DNA of 64,000 nucleotides from Parcubacteria bacterium C7867-008 (GTDB lineage Bacteria; Patescibacteriota; Minisyncoccia; Phycocordibacterales; Phycocordibacteraceae): NCBI GenBank assembly GCA_001189215.1, contig LFCR01000004.1, positions 22,153 to 86,152 of the forward strand, read 5' to 3'. Shown piece by piece: positions 18,641 to 27,864 of this stretch (position 1 is its first letter; each line of letters starts with the position of its first letter). The notes under the pieces were generated by a model. It saw only the letters and a program-made list of their open reading frames with translations, ran no database searches and was not told where the DNA came from. The position numbers and the translations under genes were made by a program.

Positions 18641-18690
18641 CTAGACAAAACCTATCACATGTTGCAAAGGGTTTAAGTCTCGTCCAACCC
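18641..18690 (+). repeat. island repeat R8 (degenerate full copy)
   Basis: ctagacaaaacctatcacatgttgcaaagggtttaagtctcgtccaacc. Confidence 0.55.
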
Positions 18691-18730
18691 GATATACTGA
18701 ATCTTATGTCCAGAATATATACTTACAATT

Positions 18731-19009
18731 ATGGAAAAGGTTGGAAGTGCACCAAAGCCTGGAGATACTATCTACTTAGATACAGAGTTATATGTAAGTC
18801 ATGGAGTCGATGATGTTATTGGCGGTAAAGCGGTAATCAAAGAAGTGCTGCAGGCATATGGAGCCATTTTTATAACAACTGAACTCGATCCGTTGGCTCA
18901 ATATAGGTGGGAAAATGGATTGGAGCTGGAGCAAGAACGACTCAAGCAAAAGTTTGGTGATTCATGGGCGCATTTTGAACCCGACTTAAGACCTGAATTT
19001 AACGACTAA
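18731..19009 (+). CDS. hypothetical protein (92 aa)
   Basis: ORF downstream of R8. Confidence 0.4.
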   Translation: MEKVGSAPKPGDTIYLDTELYVSHGVDDVIGGKAVIKEVLQAYGAIFITTELDPLAQYRWENGLELEQERLKQKFGDSWAHFEPDLRPEFND

Positions 19010-19017
19010 AGAGCATT

Positions 19018-19353
19018 TCAGCGTCCACTCAGATTGCTAGAAATCTTATTTAAGAACTCTCTCTTTTTTGCTTTATTGAAAAGAATAAAAATACTCATAA
19101 TTGCAGCAACTGGAACTACAACTAAACCCGCTAGCGTCACATAATTCCAGATTTTTCCTGCACGCTCGGCTTCGTTGTAGGTGTTAAGGGATTTAGAAAA
19201 TTCCGCCAACATCTTTACGCACTCTTCGCTCCGTTGCTCTTTTGGTGTGTTGATACAGACACTAGCCTCACGGGATGGAGATAGCGCAGAAACGTAACTC
19301 GAAGTCATTAATCCAATACTTATGGCGGTAAGTAGTACAAATATTTTTAGCAT
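19018..19353 (-). CDS. hypothetical secreted/membrane protein (signal peptide plus C-terminal TM)
   Basis: N-terminal signal-like segment and C-terminal hydrophobic helix. AT-rich. Confidence 0.5.
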   Translation of the reverse strand: MLKIFVLLTAISIGLMTSSYVSALSPSREASVCINTPKEQRSEECVKMLAEFSKSLNTYNEAERAGKIWNYVTLAGLVVVPVAAIMSIFILFNKAKKREFLNKISSNLSGR

Positions 19354-19431
19354 GTCTTAATCCTAGCATTTGGTAATTACTTAGATCGATAGATTTCACG
19401 AGTTTATGGACTCCATGCTATTCTCCCTCAT

Positions 19432-20133
19432 ATGTTTCCGCACCAAGAATCTCATACCAGTTCTATAGCATCGCTACAGAACTGGCTTCGCGCAGCAGTA
19501 CTGGGTGCAAATGACGGCATTGTTTCACTGGCAGCGTTGGTAGTAGGTATTGCTGGTGCTTCGGCAAGTAACGAGACCATTCTTCTTACCGGTGTTGCGG
19601 CACTTATTGCCGGGGCACTTTCTATGGCAGTAGGTGAGTATGTGTCAGTTAGTACTCAACGAGATATTGAGCATGCACTTCTTGAGAAGGAACGCTATGA
19701 ACTTGAGCATTATGCTGATGAAGAACTTGAAGAATTAGTTGGTATTTATCAAAAGAAAGGACTATCTCATGAGACAGCCCGGGTAGTGGCGTTAGAGCTC
19801 ACGGCACACAATGCATTCGCTGCACATGTTGATGCTGAACTTGGTATTGATCCAGATGACCTAACTAATCCCTGGCAGGCGGCAGTGGCTTCAGCAGCAG
19901 CATTCTCTCTCGGCGCAGTTATTCCACTTATTGCCATTGTTGCTTCACCGATTGAAATTAGAGTACCGGTAACATTCGTAGCCGTGCTTATTGCCTTAAT
20001 TGTCACAGGTCTCATTAGTGCAAAACTGAGTGGTGCAGGGGCACGATTGGTAATTGTCCGGGTAATATTCGGTGGTCTTCTCGCCATGCTTATCACCTTT
20101 GGTATTGGTAGATTGTTTAGCACAGGATTCTAA
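19432..20133 (+). CDS. VIT1/CCC1-family (DUF125) membrane transporter
   Basis: LGANDGIVSLAALVVG motif plus C-terminal TM bundle. Confidence 0.7.
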   Translation: MFPHQESHTSSIASLQNWLRAAVLGANDGIVSLAALVVGIAGASASNETILLTGVAALIAGALSMAVGEYVSVSTQRDIEHALLEKERYELEHYADEELEELVGIYQKKGLSHETARVVALELTAHNAFAAHVDAELGIDPDDLTNPWQAAVASAAAFSLGAVIPLIAIVASPIEIRVPVTFVAVLIALIVTGLISAKLSGAGARLVIVRVIFGGLLAMLITFGIGRLFSTGF

Positions 20134-20166
20134 TTTGCTGCACCGCAGTGTTGGTATACTTTCTGT

Positions 20167-20955
20167 ATGAACCTATTTATTCTTGCTGCCATATTCCTGT
20201 TTATCTATATGTCGTTCGCGTTCGTGGTCTCCTTAATCCGAAAGGATAATGGAACGGCGGATATTGCATACGGATGGGGTTTTGTTCTTCTTGCGTGGAT
20301 CACCTTTGCACACGGTATGCCTGGCATTCCAGCGATTGTGGCAAATATTCTTGTGACGATATGGGCAGTGCGGCTGTCACTACGCATCTATCTTCGTGGT
20401 CGTGGTAAGCCAGAAGACTTTAGATACAAGAAGTGGCGCGAAGAGTGGGGAAAGGCGTTCGTCATACGAAGCTTCCTTCAGGTGTATATGCTGCAGGGCA
20501 TAATTATATATATCGTCTCAATCCCTGTGATGATGTTGAATGCCTATAATGGTCCGATTATCTTTGGACTCATCTCCATGTTTGGAATTCTTATTTGGCT
20601 TAAGGGCTTCTTCTTTGAAGCGGTGGGTGATGCAGAACTTGCTCGATTCATGCGTAACCCAGAGAACAAAGGGCATGTGATTCAAACAGGTCTGTGGTAC
20701 TACACACGTCACCCTAACTACTACGGTGAATCACTGATGTGGTGGGGACTTGCACTCGTTACCTTCGGTACCCTTGGGAGCACATTCCCTCTTTGGTTTG
20801 CAGCTCTGGCATTCATTGGTCCAATAGTTATTACCTTCTTCCTCTTGAAGGTGTCCGGTGTCCCGATGCTCGAGAAGCATTTTGAAGGTAATCCTGAATG
20901 GGAAGCATATAAAGCACGTACGAGCGTTTTCATTCCTTGGTTCCCTAAGAAGTAG
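20167..20955 (+). CDS. ICMT/PEMT-like (DUF1295) membrane methyltransferase family protein
   Basis: RHPNYYGE motif and the C-terminal EKHFEGNPEWEAYKARTSVFIP (EE..L..FG..Y..Y) block. Confidence 0.65.
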   Translation: MNLFILAAIFLFIYMSFAFVVSLIRKDNGTADIAYGWGFVLLAWITFAHGMPGIPAIVANILVTIWAVRLSLRIYLRGRGKPEDFRYKKWREEWGKAFVIRSFLQVYMLQGIIIYIVSIPVMMLNAYNGPIIFGLISMFGILIWLKGFFFEAVGDAELARFMRNPENKGHVIQTGLWYYTRHPNYYGESLMWWGLALVTFGTLGSTFPLWFAALAFIGPIVITFFLLKVSGVPMLEKHFEGNPEWEAYKARTSVFIPWFPKK

Positions 20956-21000
20956 CGCTGCACTGGGCTAACAGCGCAACATGCGGTAAGGTGTATGTAA

Positions 21001-22494
21001 ATGGCTGATAAGAAAGGCGGCGACCAGAATGGCGCCCCACCGCGCGAGATAATCACGCGGTTTGAGGACGCGTCATTCGAATATGGACACAACCACCCCA
21101 TCCTTGAGGAGGTTGGTTTTTCTATACGTAAAGGAATGAAGGTTACCTTGATGGGTCAGAATGGTGCGGGGAAGTCCACCATCTTTAAACTCATCACTGG
21201 GGAACTCAAACTAAATAATGGACGTGTCCTCAACTCTCGTGGGGTAAGTATTGCTATGGCAAGTCAGGTAATCCCAATGAATCTTCGTGAACGTACTGTT
21301 CGTGAATTCTTTGAGGCCTGCTTCCCAGAGAAGGTGTACGACATTGATCCTAAGATTGATGCGGTGCTTAAGGTGGTTAATCTTCATGCACCAAAGGATC
21401 GCATTATCAGTTCGTTCTCTGGTGGTCAGCAGGCACGTCTCCTTTTGGCGAGCGCACTTATTCAAGATCCAGATCTCCTTCTACTTGATGAGCCAACAAA
21501 CAATCTAGACACCGGTGGTATTGAACACCTCACTGATTTCCTTAAAAACTACGACAAGAGCTGCCTCGTAATCTCTCACGATGCGGAGTTCTTGAACTCA
21601 TTCACTGATGGGGTGCTTTATCTTGATGTCCATACACGAAAGATTGAACAGTACTCGGGTAACTATAACGATCTTCTTAAAGAGATCACGGCTCGTATTG
21701 AACGTGAGAACCGTAAGAATGCGCAGCTTGAGAAGAAGATTCAAGAAAATAAAGATAAAGCTAACTTCTTCGCACAAAAGGGAGGAAAGATGCGTTTGGT
21801 TGCGAAGAAGATGCGCGAAGAAATCGAAGAGATGGAAGACGATAAAGCAGATGTGCGTCGTGAGGATAAGACCATCCGTCCCTTCGTAATTCCGTCACAG
21901 CCTGAGATCTTGGGAGATGTGATAACTATTACGTCATACACGACTATTGATCCAAAGAAGCACACCCCTGTGGTGCATACCAAGTCCCTGTCTCTACGTA
22001 AGAAGCAACATCTTCTTCTTCGTGGACCAAATGGTATCGGTAAGACAACACTGCTTGAAGCACTTGCTAGCGGAAAAGCAGAGGGAGCACAAATTGCTAA
22101 AGGGGTACGTACCGGCTATTACCGTCAGGACTTCTCCACCCTTAACTTTGATCACTCGGTGCGAGAGTCTCTTCTCTCAGTGATGGAGAAACAAGATGAG
22201 GAGCGCATGCGTGCGGTGGCTGCTGGCTTCCTTATCAATGCAGACCATATCAATAAGAAGATCGGTGTTCTGTCTGAGGGACAGAAAGGACTTGTAGCAT
22301 TCGCACGCCTTGTACTTGAGCGTCCTGGTCTCCTTATTCTTGATGAGCCAACCAACCACATTAACTTCCGTCACCTACCAGTGATTGCAAAGGCGCTCGA
22401 CCAGTACGAAGGCGCTATGATTATGGTGAGCCACGTACCTGAGTTCGTGAGTCAGATTCGTATTGATGAGATACTTGATCTCGATAAGAAATAA
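21001..22494 (+). CDS. ABC-F family ATPase (two ABC cassettes, no TMD)
   Basis: Two Walker A motifs (GQNGAGKST, GPNGIGKTT) and two signatures (LSGGQQ, LSEGQK) with an inter-domain linker. Confidence 0.85.
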   Translation: MADKKGGDQNGAPPREIITRFEDASFEYGHNHPILEEVGFSIRKGMKVTLMGQNGAGKSTIFKLITGELKLNNGRVLNSRGVSIAMASQVIPMNLRERTVREFFEACFPEKVYDIDPKIDAVLKVVNLHAPKDRIISSFSGGQQARLLLASALIQDPDLLLLDEPTNNLDTGGIEHLTDFLKNYDKSCLVISHDAEFLNSFTDGVLYLDVHTRKIEQYSGNYNDLLKEITARIERENRKNAQLEKKIQENKDKANFFAQKGGKMRLVAKKMREEIEEMEDDKADVRREDKTIRPFVIPSQPEILGDVITITSYTTIDPKKHTPVVHTKSLSLRKKQHLLLRGPNGIGKTTLLEALASGKAEGAQIAKGVRTGYYRQDFSTLNFDHSVRESLLSVMEKQDEERMRAVAAGFLINADHINKKIGVLSEGQKGLVAFARLVLERPGLLILDEPTNHINFRHLPVIAKALDQYEGAMIMVSHVPEFVSQIRIDEILDLDKK

Positions 22495-22500
22495 ACTTCC

Positions 22501-22863
22501 ATGAAAGATTCACTTCGTACGAAAGAAATGGCAGAGAAGATTGAACTATATAAGGCTGAACATGCAGGTGAGGTGAGTACCGGGTGCGCGCTTTGTACTA
22601 AGCCCGCACTTGAAACATTTACTTACTGGAAGATCACCGAAAATAAATTTCCGTATGATCTGATCGCTTCAACACATCACATGATCATGCCTCTTCGTCA
22701 TGCGACAGAAACCGAACTCACCATGGAGGAATGGAAGGAGTACCAAGAGATAAAACACAGCAAACTTCAGGAGTACGACTATATTGTAGAAGGCACCTCA
22801 AAGACTAAGTCTATTCCAGCACATTTTCATATTCATCTGCTAATAGGTAAGGGTCCACAGTAA
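22501..22863 (+). CDS. HIT-family-like hydrolase
   Basis: C-terminal histidine triad HFHIHLL, plus CxxC. Confidence 0.55.
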   Translation: MKDSLRTKEMAEKIELYKAEHAGEVSTGCALCTKPALETFTYWKITENKFPYDLIASTHHMIMPLRHATETELTMEEWKEYQEIKHSKLQEYDYIVEGTSKTKSIPAHFHIHLLIGKGPQ

Positions 22864-22884
22864 AGCAAGATATATACTTTCGGT

Positions 22885-23481
22885 ATGAAACTTGATCGTG
22901 TACTCCTCTTCACCGAACTTCTCCAGGACTTCCAGAAAGTAGATCGTGTGATTCATGTACCTGGACTGGGAGAACGCTGGGAAAATGATGTTGAGCACAG
23001 CTACAGTCTCGCCATGCTTGCATGGTACTTGGTTTCAAGCGAGAAGCTACCTCTCGATGCTGATATGGTACTTAAATATGGAATGATTCATGATCTCGTT
23101 GAAGTGTACGCTGGAGATACTTATATCTATGGAACAGAAGAGCATCTTGCTAGTAAGCATGAGCGTGAGCAATTGGCCGCAGAGAAATTAAAGCAAGTCT
23201 TTCCTGAGTTCGATGATCTGCACTCATTAATTGAGCAGTATGAAAAGCGTGAAGATGCTGAGAGTAAGTTTATATACGCACTCGATAAGCTACAGCCCAT
23301 CATTCACATCTATCTAGGAGGTGGAAAGACGTGGAAGGACATGAATGTCACGCTGGCTATGGCCATTGAGAACAAGACACCAAAGATTGCTATTGATCCT
23401 CACGTAACGGAGTGTTACGAAGAACTTCTCGTACTTCTACGAGAACGACAAGAAGAACTATTTGGAAGTATCACTGCCTAG
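22885..23481 (+). CDS. HD-domain phosphohydrolase (YfbR-like)
   Basis: H...HD...D metal-binding motifs (DVEHSYSLA, IHDLVEVYAGD). Confidence 0.6.
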   Translation: MKLDRVLLFTELLQDFQKVDRVIHVPGLGERWENDVEHSYSLAMLAWYLVSSEKLPLDADMVLKYGMIHDLVEVYAGDTYIYGTEEHLASKHEREQLAAEKLKQVFPEFDDLHSLIEQYEKREDAESKFIYALDKLQPIIHIYLGGGKTWKDMNVTLAMAIENKTPKIAIDPHVTECYEELLVLLRERQEELFGSITA

Positions 23482-24239
23482 AGCCCAAGGAATTTCAAGA
23501 ACTCTTTCAGTTCTTCTCCTTCAATTGCACGGAATTTACCGCCACCAAGAGTTCCAAGCTTAATATTCAATACACGATTACGTTTAAGATCCTCGACTTC
23601 ATTGTGCATGGCAACAACCATACGGCGCACCTGATGTTTCTTGCCTTCAGTTAGCGTTATTGCAAAGGACTTCTCACCAAGAATCTTTACCTTTGCTGGC
23701 TTAGTAACATATCCTTCAATATCTACACCCGCTTCCATGTGTGTGCGGAAACTATCACGCATAGGATACTTCGTCTTTACCGTGTACTCCTTATCATGTT
23801 CAGCATTAGGATTGAGAAGTCTGTCTGTGATACGGCCATCATTGGTAAGGATAATGAGACCGTGCGAGTCCTTATCAAGACGACCAACAGGGAACACACC
23901 CTTATCTGCGAGTTCTGGAACATTCTCTCGAATATCAGTCTCTTCTTCACCAGGTGAATGTGTGATTACACCGCGAGGCTTGTTGTATGCAAAATAGAGA
24001 CGCTCAGCAGCCTTCTTTCCGCTTTTCACTTCAACCATGTCTGACTCATTCACTTTATCTCCGAGTACCGCAACTCGTCCATTAATGAGCACACGATGCT
24101 TGTCCACCAACTCATCTGCACCACGACGAGTCGCGTGACCTTTGAGTGCAAGGTATCGATTAATGCGCATTGGATACACCAGCACTTCAACCTCAGTCTT
24201 AGTGTCTGTCTTTCTGCTAGGAGATTTCTTCATGGGCAC
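23478..24239 (-). CDS. rluB: pseudouridine synthase, RsuA/RluB family (S4 domain plus catalytic GRLD)
   Basis: S4 domain RINRYLALKG...VLINGRV and catalytic VGRLDKDSHGLIILTNDG. Confidence 0.8.
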   Translation of the reverse strand: MPMKKSPSRKTDTKTEVEVLVYPMRINRYLALKGHATRRGADELVDKHRVLINGRVAVLGDKVNESDMVEVKSGKKAAERLYFAYNKPRGVITHSPGEEETDIRENVPELADKGVFPVGRLDKDSHGLIILTNDGRITDRLLNPNAEHDKEYTVKTKYPMRDSFRTHMEAGVDIEGYVTKPAKVKILGEKSFAITLTEGKKHQVRRMVVAMHNEVEDLKRNRVLNIKLGTLGGGKFRAIEGEELKEFLKFLGL

Positions 24240-24474
24240 AGTATAGCGTTTTATATGTTTCTGCGCTCACTCACTTATTCTTCATTGCCTTCTGTTTAAG
24301 ATGCGCAGGTATCACTTCGTTATCCGCACCTAATAACTATCTATGCTGAAGAACATAAAATACGATCTTATGCTCGCAATTCCAGCACTTATGTTAGCGA
24401 GCGTGCTTGGGGCGTTTACGGTAGTGCACTCTTAGGAGAGAAATCTCTGTTAAAATATACGGGCGACGAACCCA

Positions 24475-24499
24475 GGAACGGCGTAAGGTACGCCGTTCC
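24475..24499. promoter_or_regulatory. perfect 11 bp palindrome GGAACGGCGTA-agg-TACGCCGTTCC, 15 nt upstream of the ECF sigma ATG
   Basis: Seen directly. It contains an ECF-type GGAAC element, and CGTC lies downstream. Confidence 0.4.
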
Positions 24500-24514
24500 T
24501 GCACGTCATATCCT

Positions 24515-25024
24515 ATGGACCAGGACACAACAAAGGCATATTTCCTTGATATTCATGAGAAGCACGCGGATGAGATATTCCGATTCTGCCTCATGAAGGT
24601 CTCAAATAAGGAAAAGGCGGAGGATTTGACCCAGGAAGCATTTATGCGCTTCTGGCAGTCTGTTCGCAGGGGGGAGACGATCCGTCAGGAGCGTGCATTC
24701 CTCTATACCTTAGCGCGTAACCTGGTTATAGATTGGTATCGAAAGAAGAAAGAGTCCTCATTAGACGTTATTCAAGAAGAGGGTGTCGACTTTGCAGGAG
24801 ATGATCGAGCAGATGTTGAGCGATTTGCACAGATGAATGAAGCGCTCGCCGTAATAGATACGCTTGATGCTCCATCAAAGGAAGCAATACTGCTTCGGTA
24901 CGTTGAAGGTTGGTCTCCACAAGAGATTGCTAACCTTACGGGAGAGACTGCTAACGCCGTGTCTGTGAGACTCAATCGTGCTATCAAGAAAGTGCAAGAA
25001 CGAATCCATGCGACCAACACGTAA
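24515..25024 (+). CDS. RNA polymerase sigma-70 factor, ECF subfamily
   Basis: Region 2 (FMRFWQ, LARNLVIDWYRKKK) and region 4 HTH (WSPQEIANLTGETANAVSVRLNRA). Confidence 0.85.
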   Translation: MDQDTTKAYFLDIHEKHADEIFRFCLMKVSNKEKAEDLTQEAFMRFWQSVRRGETIRQERAFLYTLARNLVIDWYRKKKESSLDVIQEEGVDFAGDDRADVERFAQMNEALAVIDTLDAPSKEAILLRYVEGWSPQEIANLTGETANAVSVRLNRAIKKVQERIHATNT

Positions 25025-26078
25025 CACAACCAAATACCTTAAATCACTTCAGACTCTCAAGCTTGATGAGAGTGTTAAGGCACGTATGCGTGATGGTCTT
25101 GATGCCTATGCCGATTTGCATGTAGTTACTGCTCCTATTTCAGTACCAGTACAGTCTCCATTTTTTGCATACTCATTCATGCGTACAAGCTATAGCGTCT
25201 TTGCTATGGCATTAGTACTCCTTGTTACCGGTTCGGGTGCAGCATACGCGTCTGAAGGAAGTCTTCCAGGCAGCCCTTTGTATAAAGTGAAGGTTGCAGT
25301 TATTGAACCAGTACGAGGTGCACTTATTACCAGTACGGAAGGGCAGGCGCAGTGGCACGCAAACCTTGCTGCCCGTCGTCTTGAAGAAGCTACCAAACTT
25401 GCCGTATCAAATAAACTTGATGCGTCTTCTAGTGCATACCTTCAAGATCAGTTTGAAACTGAAGTCCGTATTTCAACACAAGCAGCAGATACCCTTACGG
25501 TAACCGGAAACACAGAAGCAGCACTCGATGCTCGTTCAGACCTTGAGGCTCGTATCACTGCACACGCACAGATCCTTGGACTCGTATCTGAGCACCTTAA
25601 GGCAACCGTTGGTGAGGATGCGTCAGGCTTCCTTGATACTCGTGCATTCCTTGCCGTCATCAATCAGCATCGTGATGAGGTGGTACAAGCACGTCTCGCA
25701 CTAGAAGATTCAGCTGAAGACGATGATTCAACTACTGCCGTTACCCTTGCTCGTGCAGATGTAACCGCTAAGACAGTAGTCTCACTTTCTCGAACTCAAG
25801 CTCCTGATGACGTTGAGGATGTAGCTGAACCCCACCTTGATACTGCTCGTGCTGCACTCATGCGCGCTCAGGAGACCACTGATGAAACAGAAGCTTCCAA
25901 TAAGTCCCATGAAGCAGAGCGTGCTTCAGAAGTAGCTACTATTCTTCTACAGCACGCTAAGTTCATAAGTACACTCACCGTTGCAACAACAACTGCAACC
26001 ACGACACCAACCATAGACCCGACAGACGACCGTGTAGAGAAGGAACCTCTTCTTGAGGAAGAGCATATAACTCCTTAA
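25008..26078 (+). CDS. putative anti-sigma factor / membrane protein
   Basis: Overlaps the end of the sigma gene. Short cytoplasmic N-terminus, one TM, and an extracytoplasmic helical acidic domain. The call is by position and architecture only. Confidence 0.35.
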   Translation: MRPTRNTTKYLKSLQTLKLDESVKARMRDGLDAYADLHVVTAPISVPVQSPFFAYSFMRTSYSVFAMALVLLVTGSGAAYASEGSLPGSPLYKVKVAVIEPVRGALITSTEGQAQWHANLAARRLEEATKLAVSNKLDASSSAYLQDQFETEVRISTQAADTLTVTGNTEAALDARSDLEARITAHAQILGLVSEHLKATVGEDASGFLDTRAFLAVINQHRDEVVQARLALEDSAEDDDSTTAVTLARADVTAKTVVSLSRTQAPDDVEDVAEPHLDTARAALMRAQETTDETEASNKSHEAERASEVATILLQHAKFISTLTVATTTATTTPTIDPTDDRVEKEPLLEEEHITP

Positions 26079-26113
26079 TACGGGCTTGATGGGCAGTTTG
26101 GTACAATGCATCT

Positions 26114-27823
26114 ATGACGCAAAGCGAAGCGCTGCGAATACTCGCAACGGGAGTAAACGTATTCCTAACTGGTGAGCCCGGAAGCGGTAAAACGCATACG
26201 GTTAATGCCTATGTGCAGTGGCTTCGTGAACGTGGCATTGAGCCCTCGGTAACGGCTTCTACAGGTATTGCTGCAACACATATTCAAGGTATGACGATCC
26301 ACTCATGGAGCGGTATTGGTGTAAAAGAGTTTCTCTCAGAAGCAGACATTGATGCTATTGCGAGTAAAGAACACGTGGTGCGTCGTATCCAGCGCACAAA
26401 CGTTCTCATTATTGATGAGGTCTCCATGCTTTCGGGTGCGGTGTTAACCATGGTTGATTCGGTCTGTCGTGAAGTACGTCATCGCCCAGATGATGCATTC
26501 GGTGGTATGCAAGTGGTACTAGTTGGAGACTTCTTTCAGTTACCTCCAATCTCACGCAATAACAGTGCACAGTTTGCCTTTGAATCTCCCGCATGGAAGG
26601 AACTGAAATTGGTGGCGTGCTATCTGACTGAACAACATCGCCAAGAGGATACTAAGTTCCTCAATGTACTCGGTGCTATTCGTTCACGTGAATGGGATCA
26701 GGGAACCGTTTCAACCATTATGACCCGAGAGACTGACGGCTATGAGCTTGATGAAGACATACCTCGTTTGTATACGCACAACGCAGATGTTGATCGTATC
26801 AATGAGGAGAAGCTTGCAACTCTCGAAGGGATAGGAAAAACATATCGTATGTCGAGCGAAGGTGCACCACCACTTATTGAAGCTCTCAAGCGTGGATGTC
26901 TTTCTCCAGAAATTCTTACGCTTAAGGAAGGGGCAGTGGTAATGGGTACGAAGAATAATCCTGCCAATGGCATGACCAACGGTACTCTCGCTACCGTTAT
27001 TGGTTTTGAGAAGGGTACCAACTACCCCATGATTGAAACTTTTGACGGGCGCACCCTCACTCTTTCTGAGGTTGAGTGGGCAGTTGAAGAAGGAGGACGG
27101 TCTCGAGCAAAGATTCGCCAAATTCCCCTACGTCTTGCGTGGGCAATCACAGTCCACAAAAGCCAAGGTATGAGCATGGACGCAGCAGCGATTGATCTTT
27201 CGCGTGCATTTGAATATGGACAAGGATATGTAGCGCTCTCTCGAGTACGGTCTCTCGCTGGACTCCACATTCTTGGGTGGAGTGAAGGAGCCTTCCAAGT
27301 GCACCCTGAAGTGGGACGAAAGGACGATGAGTTTAGAAGTCTTTCTGAAGAGGCGCGTATAGCATTTGATCAACTTGAAGAAGCAGGAGAGCGAGAAACG
27401 TTGGCTCGTAGTTTCATTCGCTTCAGTGGTGGCACGTATGAGCCTGAATTTAAAGTATTTGCTGAAGGTGGAGTATCACTTCCTAAAGCGGCAAAGCGTA
27501 GTACTTACGATGCTACTCTTGAATTACTTAAAGAAGGAAAGTCTTTAGAGGATATTGCTAAAGAGCGCAACCTTACCCTTGGTACTATCTGTGGTCATGC
27601 AGAGAAGCTGCTTGCTGCAGGTCGTATAGAAAAAGACCTTATACAAGCTGCAATTTCAGATCGTTTAAATGCAAGTCTTCCTAAGATTCACACAGCATTT
27701 AAGAAATTCCCTGGAAAGGAATTGACCCCTATATTTGCTCACTTAAAGGGTGCCTATAGTTTTGATGAACTCAAGCTTGCACGACTGCTAATAGAAGAGG
27801 AATCTGTTCAAGAGGTATGGTAG
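26114..27823 (+). CDS. RecD/Pif1-like ATP-dependent DNA helicase (AAA_30-type)
   Basis: Walker A GEPGSGKT, DEVSM, GDFFQLPP, and a C-terminal UvrD_C-like block. Confidence 0.7.
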   Translation: MTQSEALRILATGVNVFLTGEPGSGKTHTVNAYVQWLRERGIEPSVTASTGIAATHIQGMTIHSWSGIGVKEFLSEADIDAIASKEHVVRRIQRTNVLIIDEVSMLSGAVLTMVDSVCREVRHRPDDAFGGMQVVLVGDFFQLPPISRNNSAQFAFESPAWKELKLVACYLTEQHRQEDTKFLNVLGAIRSREWDQGTVSTIMTRETDGYELDEDIPRLYTHNADVDRINEEKLATLEGIGKTYRMSSEGAPPLIEALKRGCLSPEILTLKEGAVVMGTKNNPANGMTNGTLATVIGFEKGTNYPMIETFDGRTLTLSEVEWAVEEGGRSRAKIRQIPLRLAWAITVHKSQGMSMDAAAIDLSRAFEYGQGYVALSRVRSLAGLHILGWSEGAFQVHPEVGRKDDEFRSLSEEARIAFDQLEEAGERETLARSFIRFSGGTYEPEFKVFAEGGVSLPKAAKRSTYDATLELLKEGKSLEDIAKERNLTLGTICGHAEKLLAAGRIEKDLIQAAISDRLNASLPKIHTAFKKFPGKELTPIFAHLKGAYSFDELKLARLLIEEESVQEVW

Positions 27824-27864
27824 TCTTCATCATCGCTCTAGAGAGTATTCAGTAGGATAGGGGT

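Larger units (their letters stand above)
14275..19400. mobile_element. putative mosaic genomic island integrated 3' of tRNA-Gln (no integrase retained)
   Basis: It starts 23 nt after the tRNA. The first gene is about 35% GC, the following genes are about 55-60% GC, and the flanking backbone is about 45-48% GC. It holds about ten small unrelated ORFs on both strands and eight copies of a repeat family. Confidence 0.45.

Noticed and set aside
14975-18690. CRISPR array interpretation of the eight direct repeats
   Set aside because: Repeat spacing is irregular (360-825 bp), and every spacer contains a complete ORF with RBS and terminator. No cas genes and no leader are present.
14975-18690. Integron cassette array (the repeats as attC sites)
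   Set aside because: Cassette genes are on both strands. The repeats lack the paired inverse-core and core sites (RYYYAAC...GTTRRRY) and the extended dyad symmetry of attC. No intI is in the window. Kept only as a loose analogy.
24300-24440. 30 aa hydrophobic mini-ORF upstream of the ECF sigma gene
   Set aside because: There is no RBS, and it is too short to support without conservation data.
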